This document shows positions 51,438 to 64,000 of a DNA stretch of 64,000 bases, piece by piece (the first letter of the stretch is position 1; each line of letters begins with the position of its first letter). This DNA is from Octopus sinensis. Lineage: Eukaryota. The position numbers and the translations under genes are program-made. Location: positions 140,306,001-140,370,000 of the forward strand of contig NC_042998.1 of assembly GCF_006345805.1 (NCBI RefSeq), written 5' to 3'. The notes below the pieces were generated by a model. That model had not been told where the DNA came from, ran no database searches, and saw nothing but the letters and a program-made list of their open reading frames with translations.

Positions 51438-51600
51438 AATATACATATATACGACGGGCTCCTTTCAGTTTCCGTCTACCGAATCCACTCACAAAGGCTT
51501 TGGTCGGCCCGAGGCTATAGTAGAAAACACTTGCCCAAGGTGCCACGCAGTGGGACTGAACCATGTGGTTGGTAAGCAAGCTACTTACCACACAGGCACT
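51181..51600 (-). mobile_element. SINE family A, full length
   Basis: Complete copy, tandem with 50384-50820. Confidence 0.9.
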
Positions 51601-51639
51601 CCTAAGCCTACACAGCCACTCCTACGTATACATACACAC

Positions 51640-51688
<49 letters not shown>

Positions 51689-52534
51689 CTTACACACACA
51701 CATGCACTCACACAGGGACACACATGCGCACATAATTCAGACAGGTGTTGATGTTCTGAATGACGTGCGCAAAAAATAATCAGTGATTTGAAATTTCTGT
51801 GTGCATGTCTCCTCGGCGGTGCTCCAGCATGGCAGCAGCCGCATGGCTGAAACGAGTAACATACCAAAAGAGCAAACGTGTGTGTAAATCAATCACCCCC
51901 CCTCTCCCACCAGTGCTCAACTGATACTTATTTAATCGACACCGAAAGGATGAAAGGCAAAATCGACCACACCGAAATTCGAGCTCAGCATTTTGCCCCT
52001 CGTACTAATGATTCTCCCAGCTCACTGCCTTAATAATAATAATGCTACTTTGATGACATGCACTGCTCTCTCACTCAATAATGAGGATGATGATGATATT
52101 AATAATAGTAATGATAAAAATGATGATGATGATGATGATTTTATTTATTTGCCAACATGGGCGAAGGAAGAAAAAATGCACTTGTCCTTTAGAATAGTAA
52201 GTTATTTCTAGAGTTTATTACTACATCTTCAAAATACTCTAATACGTATTCAAAAATAGGTTATCACATTCAAATTATTTCAAAATACATTATTTCATAT
52301 TCCAAATTATCACATCATGCCCAAAATACATTACCACAAGCAAATCATTTCAAGATTACATATTCCAAAGTATATTTTCATATTATGATCTTTTCAGAAT
52401 GCATTTTAAAGCACTTGAAAGTAACGAATTAAAATAATATATAATATAGTGTGTCTACTTCCGGTATATACACCATATATTAAATGAAAGCTTGTAGTTA
52501 GCGATTACACTCATACCAGTCATGTACTGGATCG

Positions 52535-52682
52535 ATTCTTCTTCTTCTTCTTTTTTCTCCTTCTTTTTCTTCATCTTCTTCTTTTTCTTCTTCTTCTTCT
52601 TCTTCTTCTTCTTCTTCTTCTTTCTTCTTCTTCTTCTTCTTCTTCTTCTTCTTCTTCTTCTTCTTCTTCTTCTTCTTCTTCA
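52535..52682. repeat. (TTC)n tract
   Basis: Direct reading. Confidence 0.95.
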
Positions 52683-53589
52683 CCTGTCCCTCCTCTCGCT
52701 GTCTCGGGAATGGAGAAAGGAAGGAATCGGCTGTGTTCAGGCCTGGAGAGGGATGAGCTCCCATGTGTTTAAAATGCCCAAGATTTGTCGCATATCTTAT
52801 CGGTTCCCCCTACGTCTCCATAGGAATTGAGTCACACCACCACCACCACCACCACCACCGCTATTCTTCCGCTACTATGTATCATGCGCCAAGCTCAATG
52901 ATCTAATGTTTCAATATCATTCTAGTCGACAGTGCGAAGTTCTACAATATTGAAATGGAAAGGTGCCGATTCGTAACTTATTCTCTTCAAGGTTTATGTA
53001 TGTTTTTAAAAAAAATTTATTTTATTATTTTTTGAAACCATTCTTCACATGTAGAGCTACTAAATCCGACGTATTTGAACTGATTTTCATTCTGTACACA
53101 TGCATAAAAATAATCGTTTCGTGTAAAAGAAAAAAATTCTATTTCATTTGTTATTTTATGTAAAATAAATATAGCTTGATTGCCTTAGTTTAGAATCACC
53201 AATAAATAAATAAATACAATAAAAAAATAAAAAGAAACAATCATCAGTTATTAACACTTAATATATATTTTTGACAAGGACAAATGTTATGTGTTGTAAA
53301 GTACACATAAGATTTGACTGTGCTGAAGTGAAAAATAATAATATATTTATAATTAATAATTAATAATGATTGTCACTTTGTCGTTTATTTGATTGCTAAT
53401 TTTACCTCGATCAAACACATCAGATATAAATATTTATTTTCACCAAATGCCATTCCTATATCAGGAGGTAAATCTGGTAATTACTCAAAGATATTCTTTT
53501 GATATCAGAATTTAAATATTTTAAAGCTATTATGAGATAGAAAAAAAAAAAGAAGAAAAAACATTTGAGCTAATTTGTTTTCTATTTAT

Positions 53590-54140
53590 AGCGGTGTCAA
53601 AGGCAGCGAGTGGGGCAGAATCGTGACCACGCTGGGCAAACCGCATCGAGGTACTTCCTTCGGCTCTTCACGTTCTGAGTTCAAATTCTGCCGAAGTCGA
53701 CTTTACCCTTTTATCTTTCAAGGGTCAATAAAACAAGTACCAATTGAACACTGGAATCGATGTTATCGTCTTACTCCTTTCCCTCGAAATTTCTGGTCTT
53801 GTATCAAAATCAAAGAATTTATAGCAGTGTCAATCCTAAAATGTATATCATTGTAGTTGTAGCTTTTAACTTGACCAGTCATTTTCCGTTCTGAGTTCAA
53901 ATTCAAATCACGCCTATGTCGATTTTGTATTTCATCTTGTCGAGATCGATTAAACAAATACCAGTTGAACACTGGAGTTGATGTGTAATCGACTTACCCT
54001 CTCCCATAAAATTGCTGGCCTTGTATCAAAACTTGAAACCATTGTTGTTGTAGCTTTGAACTTAACCAGTCCTTTTACGTTTTGAGTCAAAATCCTGCCA
54101 ATATTAATTTTGCTTTTCATCCTTTCGGGTGTCGATAAAA
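53590..54140 (+). mobile_element. Three tandem SINE family B modules
   Basis: tt[c/t]tgagt..aaat..ttcatc..gtc.at..aa repeated; linker cattgt.gttgtagcttt.aactt.accagtc at 53849 and 54040. Confidence 0.7.
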
Positions 54141-54144
54141 TATA

Positions 54145-54590
54145 TAGGATGGCCCAAAAGTCACTGAGATGGGCGGTGGTGGTGGTGGGGTTTTGCAATC
54201 TTTGATAATTGTTTTATTTTTTGACATTTTTTTTTCTTTGCAGGGATTTTATGGACGAGGTCCAGGGAATTAATTATGGAAAAATATGGCACCGCACAAC
54301 GCACTCAAGTGGTGTTCTATCAAAATCAGGGGTCAATTATGCAAACCCAGAGAGCACTAAAGAGAATTGCACCCCATAAAGTGTACAGAATGGTGTGTAA
54401 TTACGGTGGATGAGATAATCGGGCCTTATTTCTTTGAGGACGATGATGGGAATGCTGTCACTGTGACTGGTGAGCAGTACAGGTCCATTGAAAATAGGCC
54501 CGATAGGTGGTTTGGGCAAGAAAGACAATACAGTTGCTGAAGCAATATTTTGGAGAAAGAATCATTTCCTGTTATTGCGATGTCAAGAAA
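54145..54590 (+). mobile_element. Internally deleted Tc1/mariner-superfamily element (rosa/DD41D-like)
   Basis: TIR-like taggatggcccaaaagtcact; MEKYGTAQR N-terminus; IIGPYFFEDDDGNAVTVTGEQYRS (54415-86); subfamily is inference. Confidence 0.55.
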
Positions 54591-54835
54591 GGGGGGTTAT
54601 GAAGAGAGCGAGAGGGATGAGAGCGAGAGAACAAGAGATATATTAAAACGTCTGATGTCAAATAATTCAGCATCGAATCAGCAACGCCAAATAAAAGCGG
54701 TGCCAAAAAGGCAGTGCTAAAACCTCTCACAACTTACATACTTCTCCATTCGAAATCGCATCAACACACTACTGCTGATGCTGCTGCTGCTGCTGCTACC
54801 ACCACCACCACCACAACCACAACCACCACAACCAT

Positions 54836-54878
<43 letters not shown>

Positions 54879-55503
54879 GAATATCTACCTTTAAGCCATG
54901 AAGTACTTTTCTTGGGGATATGACGGAGCACCCAACAAGGAAGCATCTAGTAACAGCAGTCAAATCTCCCCCACGTCCTGGTTGGCAGGGAACTGAAGGC
55001 TACATTAGATTATATATTCTTAATAAAGCTTGATGACCATAGCTGGATCATCAGTTGTCTCCACTCTTCTACTGATACTACCAGCACCACCACCACCACC
55101 ACCAGCAGCAACAGCACCACCACTACTACTACAACTACAGCTACGTCTTTCATCACTAAACCATAACCTTTACCAAAGCAACGCCACCACCATCACCGTC
55201 TTGACTACATTCTCTACTCATCAATGCCCCTCCCCTTCGCCTCTTCTTTGCACTATAACAGTCATCACCACCTACACCGACAGCATCACAACCGCCACCT
55301 AGACTGATATGTTCAGTGGACAGTTACAGTAAAACGCGTTTAAACGGCGTGATCTTCGAAGCATGAGCAAGTATGAAAACAGCTTGATAGAATTATATAT
55401 ATATATGTTTGCGTGCATGTGTGTGTACTACACACACACGTCCACAAACATACACACACACATATATATACCTATGTATCTATATATGTATATGCATATA
55501 TAT

Positions 55504-55574
<71 letters not shown>

Positions 55575-55754
55575 TGCGTGTAAGTGTAAAGATGTATGTA
55601 TTATGTACGTATGTGAGTTGATGTATAAACAGATAAACATGTTGACAGAAACAGAAACATAGATGTGTGTATGTATATATATGTGTGTGTGTGTGTATTT
55701 CTGTGCAGATAGATGAATGTATGTTTATATATATATATATATATACATACAGAA

Positions 55755-55802
<48 letters not shown>

Positions 55803-56101
55803 TCATGGGAGAGAGTTTGGGAAATAAAGTTGACAAGGATAACTGTGGTGTATTATAGAAAATATTGCAAACATTAATACAGACAAAGAGATTTGCAAGA
55901 AATTGAAATAACAGACGGACAGACGTATACAAGTCTGATCCCTTTGTCAGTTGGCAATCGCAAATTATAACAATTTTGACACCCAAGACAAATCTGATCA
56001 CTCTAACGGTGCTCACAACTTATGTGCACAAAACAGAGAGAAGGAAAAAATAAGTGCACATTGGCATATTTAGGACGGATATAGATAATTGTGAGGTTTT
56101 T

Positions 56102-56141
<40 letters not shown>

Positions 56142-56144
<3 letters not shown>

Positions 56145-56613
56145 AGATACATATGGTTAAGAAGCTCGCTTTTGCAACTACGTGGTTTTAGGTTCAGTCC
56201 AACTCCGTGACACTCTGGATAAGTGTCTACTACTATAGCCCCGGGCCGACCAATACCGTGTTAGTGGATTTGGTAAACGGAGATTGTATGAAGGCCTTTG
56301 GTGTGTATATATATGTAAGTATATATATGTGTGTGTTGTGTGTGTGTGTGTGTGTGTGAGCGTGCGCGTGTGTGTGTATGTGTGTGTACGTGTATGCGCG
56401 CGTGCACGTGAGCGTATGCTTGTGTCTGTTTTTGTCACTCCCACTGCTTGACAACCAGTGTCGGTTTGCTTCTGTCCCCATAACGTAGCAGTTCAGCAAA
56501 AGAGACTGATAGTATATGTACCAGATTTTAAACAAACAAAAAATTATAAGTACGGGGGCGATTTGTTCGACTAAAACCCTTCGAAGTGGTGCCCCAGCAT
56601 GATCGCAGTCCAA
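56142..56613 (+). mobile_element. SINE family A, full length, diverged
   Basis: ggataagtgtctactactatagccccgggccgacc..gtggtgccccagcatgatcgcagtc. Confidence 0.8.
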
Positions 56614-56817
56614 TGTATAAATCGCTCTTTAATGTGTGTGCGTGTGCATGTGCGCATGCGTGTCTGGACGAGCGCGTGTATGTCTAAATATATTTCCTCG
56701 ATATAAAATGATCTTTTTGTATTTTTGTCCCTTTTTAGTCGATTTATATATCAGCCCCATATGTGATGTCAACAACTGCTATAGTTCGTGTGGTTAAACT
56801 TGTAACCGTTTATAGTT

Positions 56818-56870
56818 CAACAGCTGCTGATGAGGCAAGTAGTATCCGAAACATCTAGATGTCCCGTGTT
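56818..56870 (+). ncRNA. Type I hammerhead motif with palindromic stem III
   Basis: CTGATGA 56827-33, GG..CC stem II base, GAAAC-ATCTAGAT-GTC (ACATCTAGATGT palindrome); stems I and II weak. Confidence 0.55.
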
Positions 56871-56899
56871 TTATTTGTGTTAAGACACCTTCCTTCGCT

Positions 56900-56933
56900 C
56901 TACATCACAGCAGCAGCTGCAGTAGCAGTAGCC

Positions 56934-56968
<35 letters not shown>

Positions 56969-57007
56969 TGTTGTAGTGGTGTTGGAGTTGATGGTGGTTG
57001 TTGCGGT

Positions 57008-57041
<34 letters not shown>

Positions 57042-57060
57042 CAGCAGCAGTAGTAGTAGC

Positions 57061-57113
<53 letters not shown>

Positions 57114-57115
57114 GT
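56900..57115. repeat. (TAG)n/(CAG)n tract
   Basis: Direct reading. Confidence 0.95.
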
Positions 57116-58002
57116 TTAGTAATAGCAAGTCCTCCTCTTGTTTTATGATAGTGGCAGGGGATGGACAGTATGATACGAGGGAGAGTGAGCTGTTAATTCT
57201 AGCAAATCGAGCGACTGCAGAGAGAAAGAAATAGGAGAGAGGAAGAGAGGAGTTGTGAAAGAGAGGAGGGAAAGAGAGATACAGAGAGAGGGAAATAGGG
57301 TTAGAAAGAAATAGAAGAGAAAGGATGAGAAAGTGAGAGAGAGAGAGAGAGAGATTGGGGGAGAGAGAGAAAGAGAGTAAAAGAGAGAGGTGGAGAGAGG
57401 AGAGAAAGACAAAGAGGCGGAGACAGAGAGGTCGGCTTCCCTCGTTAACGTGCAAAAACTATTATTTTTCTTGTATGTTAGAAAGCAGAAGAAAGAATAA
57501 GTTCAATCAGTTTATATTAGACATGTCGTCGACATTTTGGCAGCCATTACAGTCGACATCGACGAAAATAAATTAAACGAGTTGATTCAGTGCAGGAATC
57601 CGAGAATTATTCTTTGGAAAGTTCCCAGGTAAGCGACATACACATACAATCCGCACACACACACACACACCCATATACACTACAACAGAAATGTGCATCT
57701 ACTTATAGTTTATTATGTATGTATATACGCTTAGGTGCATATTTGCATACACACACACATATCTATACATACGTATTTGCGTATACGCAAAGATAGATAC
57801 ATGCATACAAACTATTTTATTTATTGTATATAAAATTGTACACGCTACAACAGAATTGTGCATATGCTTATAGCTTTGTATAATATATACATAAATGTAT
57901 GTATGTGCATATATGTAAACATACATACTTGCACATATGCAAACATATCTATGTGTCAGTATGCGAGCGTATATCACACGCGCACACGCACGCACGCACG
58001 CA

Positions 58003-58066
<64 letters not shown>

Positions 58067-58214
58067 AATAACTACATGCATAAACAATTTCATTTACCAT
58101 ATATACTTTTATGTATTGTGTCTACTTATAGTTTTTGCTAATATACATGCATACATAGATACTCGTTATTGTGTGTATGTATCTACATACATTTTATGCA
58201 TAAATAAAACCGTG

Positions 58215-58400
58215 GATTGGCACAGTGTCAAACAAGGTGACTTCTAATATTCGTTCAGGTTATTTACATTCTGAGTTCAATTCCCACGGAGGTCAACAGT
58301 ACCTTTCATCTTTTCCCGGTCGATAAAATAAAGTATCGGTTATGCACTGAGATCTGTTTATATACCTATCCCTCAGATTGCTAGCCTTATGCATAGGTAA
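58215..58400 (+). mobile_element. SINE family B, diverged
   Basis: ttctgagttcaattcccacggaggtcaac..tttcatcttttcccggtcgataaaataaagta. Confidence 0.65.
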
Positions 58401-59039
58401 GAAATTACGCACGCACACACACACACACACCACACACACACGCACACACACACACACACCACACACACACACGCACACGCACACACACACACAGGTGGTT
58501 GAGGCGAAGTGGCAAAGATATTTGCGAGAACGAAAATAAAAATATACACGAGCGCAAACGAACTCTACCCCTCATCAGTTGTCGACCAAATATCATCACA
58601 ATTTTGATAGACCTACATCAGCTCTCTATACGATGTATCGCACGAGTTGGAGATTAACTTGATTATATCTCCCTATAATAATACAGGTTTTTGCCGGTCC
58701 GAAGACACAACTAAAAACAACAGTCGATCTATTCACTAGTATATTAAAAACAAATAAACCATCGAGGTTAACTACTATGTTATCATTTTAATCAAAATCT
58801 TTGTATTTAAGTGTATTTAGTTCAGTTATGAGTCCAATGTTATCCACTACGCCTTCTCGCAATGTTTTTCTCGGCATTACAACCACACTTTGGATCACGC
58901 AACTGGGAATGGCTCCAGTCTCTAATCAAGTCCTATATTCGAATACGAGGATGGGCTAACTATAAAGGAGTGATGCTGACTATGGCCGACTATAAAGGTG
59001 TGATGCTAGAGCTGACTACGAAGGAGTGATGCTAGAGCT

Positions 59040-59735
59040 GTGAAATCTTGCATGAATTGATTTCAACTCTGCTTATTAATAACTGCATTGCTTCTTTCCA
59101 AGTAAACCGATATCTTACTATTCAAGGAACGCTTCAAAAGTAACTAGTAGCGACTTCTCTTGAAAATGGACAAAATTTGGTATGGTGTGTTATCATGTAC
59201 CTACAGAAAAAGCTTTTAATCACCAAGAACATTCATGGTTGCTACATTAGTGGTTGCTACATTCATGGTTGCTGACATGGTTGCTACTTTAGTGGATGAC
59301 GCCCCAGCTTTATAAACAGTGCAAAATTGGGCAGCTGAATTTAGGAGTGTAAGAGAAAGTCTTGAAGATGATCCAACAGCTGGACGTCCTGCAACTTCCG
59401 CAACCGAGAAAAGCATGTACGGTAATGCATGACTGGCAATTGGCTATAAATCGAATGGTCAACGCTATTGGCATATCTCGTGAGAGATTTGAGAAAATTC
59501 TGCACAACGAACTTGGCATGACGAAAATTTGTGCTCGGTGGGTATCACATCTTCTGACACCTAATCAAAAGCGCACCAGGTTGATCACATCAGAGGAAAA
59601 TCTGATATTGTTCGAGGCAAATCCAGTTGGTCTCTTTGAACGTTTCCTAATCCGAGTTGAGTGTTGGGTCCATCACCTTGAGCCAGAAGCAAACAGTCCA
59701 GTCATTGAAAGCATTCCTCCTCACCTGCTCTAAAA
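59040..59735 (+). mobile_element. Mariner relic, 5' half
   Basis: MDKIW..VI.YLQKK, TVQNWAAEF, SLEDDP..GRP, LHNELGMTKICARWVSHLLT, CWVHH; truncated before the catalytic core is complete. Confidence 0.8.
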
Positions 59736-59744
59736 AACATTGTC

Positions 59745-61010
59745 ATCTGTTAGTATTGACACATCGAGTAAATTTTGGGTGATGCATCCTAAATCCAGTC
59801 ATTATTTTTCTTGTTTTCCTGTCTATTTTGATTAGTTCATTTAGAGTCCGGTTAAGAATATTGTAGCAGTAACTTATAACTGGGACGGCTAGAGTGTTGA
59901 TACCTATTATCTTGTTTTTGGCATTGAGCTTTGTTTTCAGTTTTAATCTAACTCATCTATAGTATTCTTTTCTTATCTTCTCTTTCATTTGTGTGTGTTG
60001 TATCGTAATCTAGTTCATTGATTCCCAAGTATACGTATGTCTGGCTTTGGTCTAATTCTCTTATTTCATTTGCTTTATCTAGTGTGATGTTGCTACTCTT
60101 AACTAGTTTTTCTCTTTTCAATGTTGCTTTGGCACATTTTTCTAAACCAAATTTCATTTTTATTTCTTTAGTAAATTCATGTGCTGTCTGTAGTAATGTT
60201 TCCAGCTGTTTATCATTTGTAGCGTACAGTTTTAGATCATTCATATATAAGAGGTGGCTGATTGTTTTGCCGAAACAGTTGTATCCACATCCAATTCTGT
60301 TTAGCATGTTAGATAAAGGTGTCAGTTCCAAGCAGAAAAGGAGTGTAGGGAATGTGTCTCCCTGAAATATTCCTCTTCTAATGGGAATGGCTTTGGTTTT
60401 TATGTGTCCTTCTATTGTCTGGAGCTGTTTTATATACTTTATGATTATTGGTGCTACCTTGTTCGTGGCTGGTGTTTCTAGGATCCATGTGTGGGGAACA
60501 ATATCAAAAGCCTCTCGATAATTGATCTAGGCCATACTTAGACCCTTCTTCTTTCTGCGGCTGTCTTTAATTGTAGCTTATCTTTACAGCCGTATGAGTC
60601 CTTGCACCACCCCTTCTGCTCTTCTGGAAACATGTTGTTTTCTTCCAGATGTTTGCTCGTTCTCTGCGATATTATTGCAGTAAAGGCTTTGTAAATTGTA
60701 GGAAGACAAGTTAACGGTCTGTAATTCTGTAGGCTTGCCGTTTCAGTGGATTTGGGAATTAGGATAGTTTTCCCTTCCGTGAGCCATGCAGGCATTGTCT
60801 CTGGCTCTGCTGGTATTTCATTAAATTTCTCAGCCAGCTTTGTATGTGTTCTTATTAGATATTTTGACCAGAAGTTGGGGATCTTGTCGTGACCGGGTGC
60901 CTTCTAGTTGCTTAGTTTTTGCAGTGCCTGGGTGACTTCTTCATTTGTTATAGGGGTACAAAATTGTTCAGGTGCTATGTTGGTTGTTTTGATAGATCTT
61001 CGCTGAGGTT
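59745..61010 (-). mobile_element. R4/Dong-like LINE reverse transcriptase fragment
   Basis: KAPGHDKI, GKTILIPK..NYRPLTCLPT, EEQKG, GIFQGDT, HLLYMNDLKLY, FGLEKCAK, YLGI; frameshifted. Confidence 0.9.
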
Positions 61011-61084
61011 ATTCCTTTGCCGACCATATTTCTTTCCAACGATAGATCTTTGCTGAGGTTGTTCCTTCTGCTAGATCTTTGTCG

Positions 61085-61307
61085 AGGCTACTCCTCCTCC
61101 TCCTCCCATCCTCCTCCTCCTCCTCCTCCTCCCATCCTCCTCCTCCTCCTCCTCCTCCTCCTCCTCCTCCTCCTCCCATCCTCCTCCTCTCCTCCTCCTC
61201 CTCCTCCTCCTCCCTCCTCCTCCTCCTCCTCCCATCCTCCTCCTCCTCCTCCTCCTCCTCCTCATCATCATCATCATCATCATCACAACCACCACCACCA
61301 CCACCAC

Positions 61308-61375
<68 letters not shown>
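61085..61375. repeat. (CCT)n/(CAT)n/(CAC)n/(TAT)n mosaic
   Basis: Direct reading. Confidence 0.95.
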
Positions 61376-61376
<1 letters not shown>

Positions 61377-61382
61377 TATCAT

Positions 61383-61660
61383 AGCCTACAGGTAGCCTAT
61401 GCAGCCCCTTTCGATCAGAATATTGCCCCAAAAGATATGGAGAAATTGTCAAAGTACAATGAGCTGGAAATTGAAGCATTCAAGATGTGGGGCGTGAAGG
61501 TGAAAACAATACCACTATTAACTGAAGCATAAAATAAAAGCTATGATCACAACCGTATAAGCTACACCTGAATCTTCAATACTGTATACTAATCCAAAAT
61601 ATAGCCCTGCTAAGAATAGCCGACATCCATCGCAAGATACTATCATTTCAATCGTACAGC
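61383..61660 (+). mobile_element. R4/Dong-like LINE 3' end after (TAT)n
   Basis: AAPFDQNIAPKDMEKLSKYNELEIE..KMWGVKVKTIP, then IQNIALL.IA.I.RKIL. Confidence 0.7.
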
Positions 61661-62027
61661 CCAAATAAAACAATCTGCGAACATGAGACACAATTCATAT
61701 AGTAAATATCCAATAAAATACCCCCTCCCCGCAACATATACTCCACAGGTTGGATACCCAACAGAAGAACTCAACTCGCATTACACACACAACACACAAT
61801 ACAAACACTAGTACAACAAAGGGCTCAAGCTAAACCCCATAACAAAACAAACTAACGCAAATACAATACCGGGAAGAATTTGTACTCATCCAACAAAAAA
61901 CAAAGCAAAAACAAACAAAAACTATGCTGAATACACCCCAGCAACTCTGAGATGTAGCAGGTGATGCAGTAGAAATTTGCCAGAAACTATCAAATGTCGA
62001 ATATCATTATTATTATTATTATTAATA

Positions 62028-62060
<33 letters not shown>

Positions 62061-62367
62061 CTCTTTCTGTATTCAATAAGCATTTCTTTATTTATCTGCA
62101 CATATTTCCATAAATATAGGACGCAGTTCATGCTAGATCAAGTGACACCGATCTATTATTAATACCTTCTAGTGACAGAGGTCCGATTTTTCCAATAAAC
62201 ATTTGCATAAATCTATTCAAGTACAGAAGCAAACATTCGCTGTTAAATTGGTTATAATGAGGTGTACAGTCATGACTCAGTAGAACACATACTTAGATAT
62301 AGAACTACAATACATATATATACGTACATCCATGTACATACATACATACATACATACATACATACAT

Positions 62368-62428
<61 letters not shown>

Positions 62429-62829
62429 AATATATACGTATGATTAAGCAAGTAAAGAGAGAAGGAGAGAGATAGGTGGATAGATAGAATTAATTGGTGA
62501 ATGAAAATATATGTAAATAGTGTGATACATACATATATATAAATAAGTAAATACACACACACATATATACAAACGTACATATACAAAACGCACATATATA
62601 TATACATACACACATAAATACATATATACACATATATACAAACGCACACAAACATATAATACAGGTAACAGATTGCTAGCTAAGTGGAAAACAAATGGAT
62701 GGATAAATAATTAGATGGATTGGATAAATCGATATAAATACACGCTCATCTATAAGTGTTTGTGTGTGTGTGTTAGTGCAATCATGCATGCATGTGTATG
62801 TGTGTGTGAGTGTGTGCGAGTACATATTA

Positions 62830-63700
<871 letters not shown>

Positions 63701-63765
63701 TATGTATGTATTATGTATATTTGATGTTAATTACAAATATCATGTGTAGTATATATCAAGGTTTT

Positions 63766-63808
<43 letters not shown>

Positions 63809-63899
63809 AAGAGAGAGAGAAAGTCTTAATTCGTTGAATAATAACATAAAAATATATTAAATTCTTTCAGGTACAAACTGTTTGATATCTGATCTATAA

Positions 63900-63920
63900 T
63901 TATAAATAATAATAATAATG

Positions 63921-63997
<77 letters not shown>

Positions 63998-64000
63998 AAT
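63900..64000. repeat. (AAT)n tract
   Basis: Direct reading. Confidence 0.95.

Noticed and set aside
60990-61090. Three copies of tagatctt[c/t]g[c/t][t/c]gagg
   Set aside because: Small slippage duplications at a LINE junction; no independent function evident

Overview
Eukaryotic, AT-rich, microsatellite-saturated DNA. Its dominant SINE families and (TA)n/(TATG)n/(GATA)n/(AAT)n content match my memory of octopod genomes (probably Octopus; inference). There is a 100-N scaffold gap at 34444-34543. I can support no host protein-coding gene, intact tRNA/rRNA or CRISPR array, and most listed ORFs are translations of simple repeats. All recognisable coding is decayed transposon: a Penelope-like RT/GIY-YIG element, RTE, R4/Dong-like, CR1/L2-like and L1/Tx1-like LINE pieces, Tc1 (DD34E), mariner (DD34D), a Charlie-type hAT, non-autonomous Helitrons, two foldback elements and dozens of tRNA-derived SINE copies. 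The most notable signal is RNA structure. There are eight type I hammerhead ribozyme-like motifs: one with a fully canonical core and a long branched stem II (15283-15381), three beside the Penelope element, two minimal copies sharing a non-canonical CUGUUGA core, one with a 12-nt palindromic stem III, and one collapsed relic. There is also a candidate HDV-like ribozyme at the 5' tip of an RTE LINE. Other oddities are a near-perfect 390-bp SINE palindrome and a 725-bp tandem duplication. Structures were folded by eye; none is experimentally shown, and coordinates of diverged repeats are approximate.
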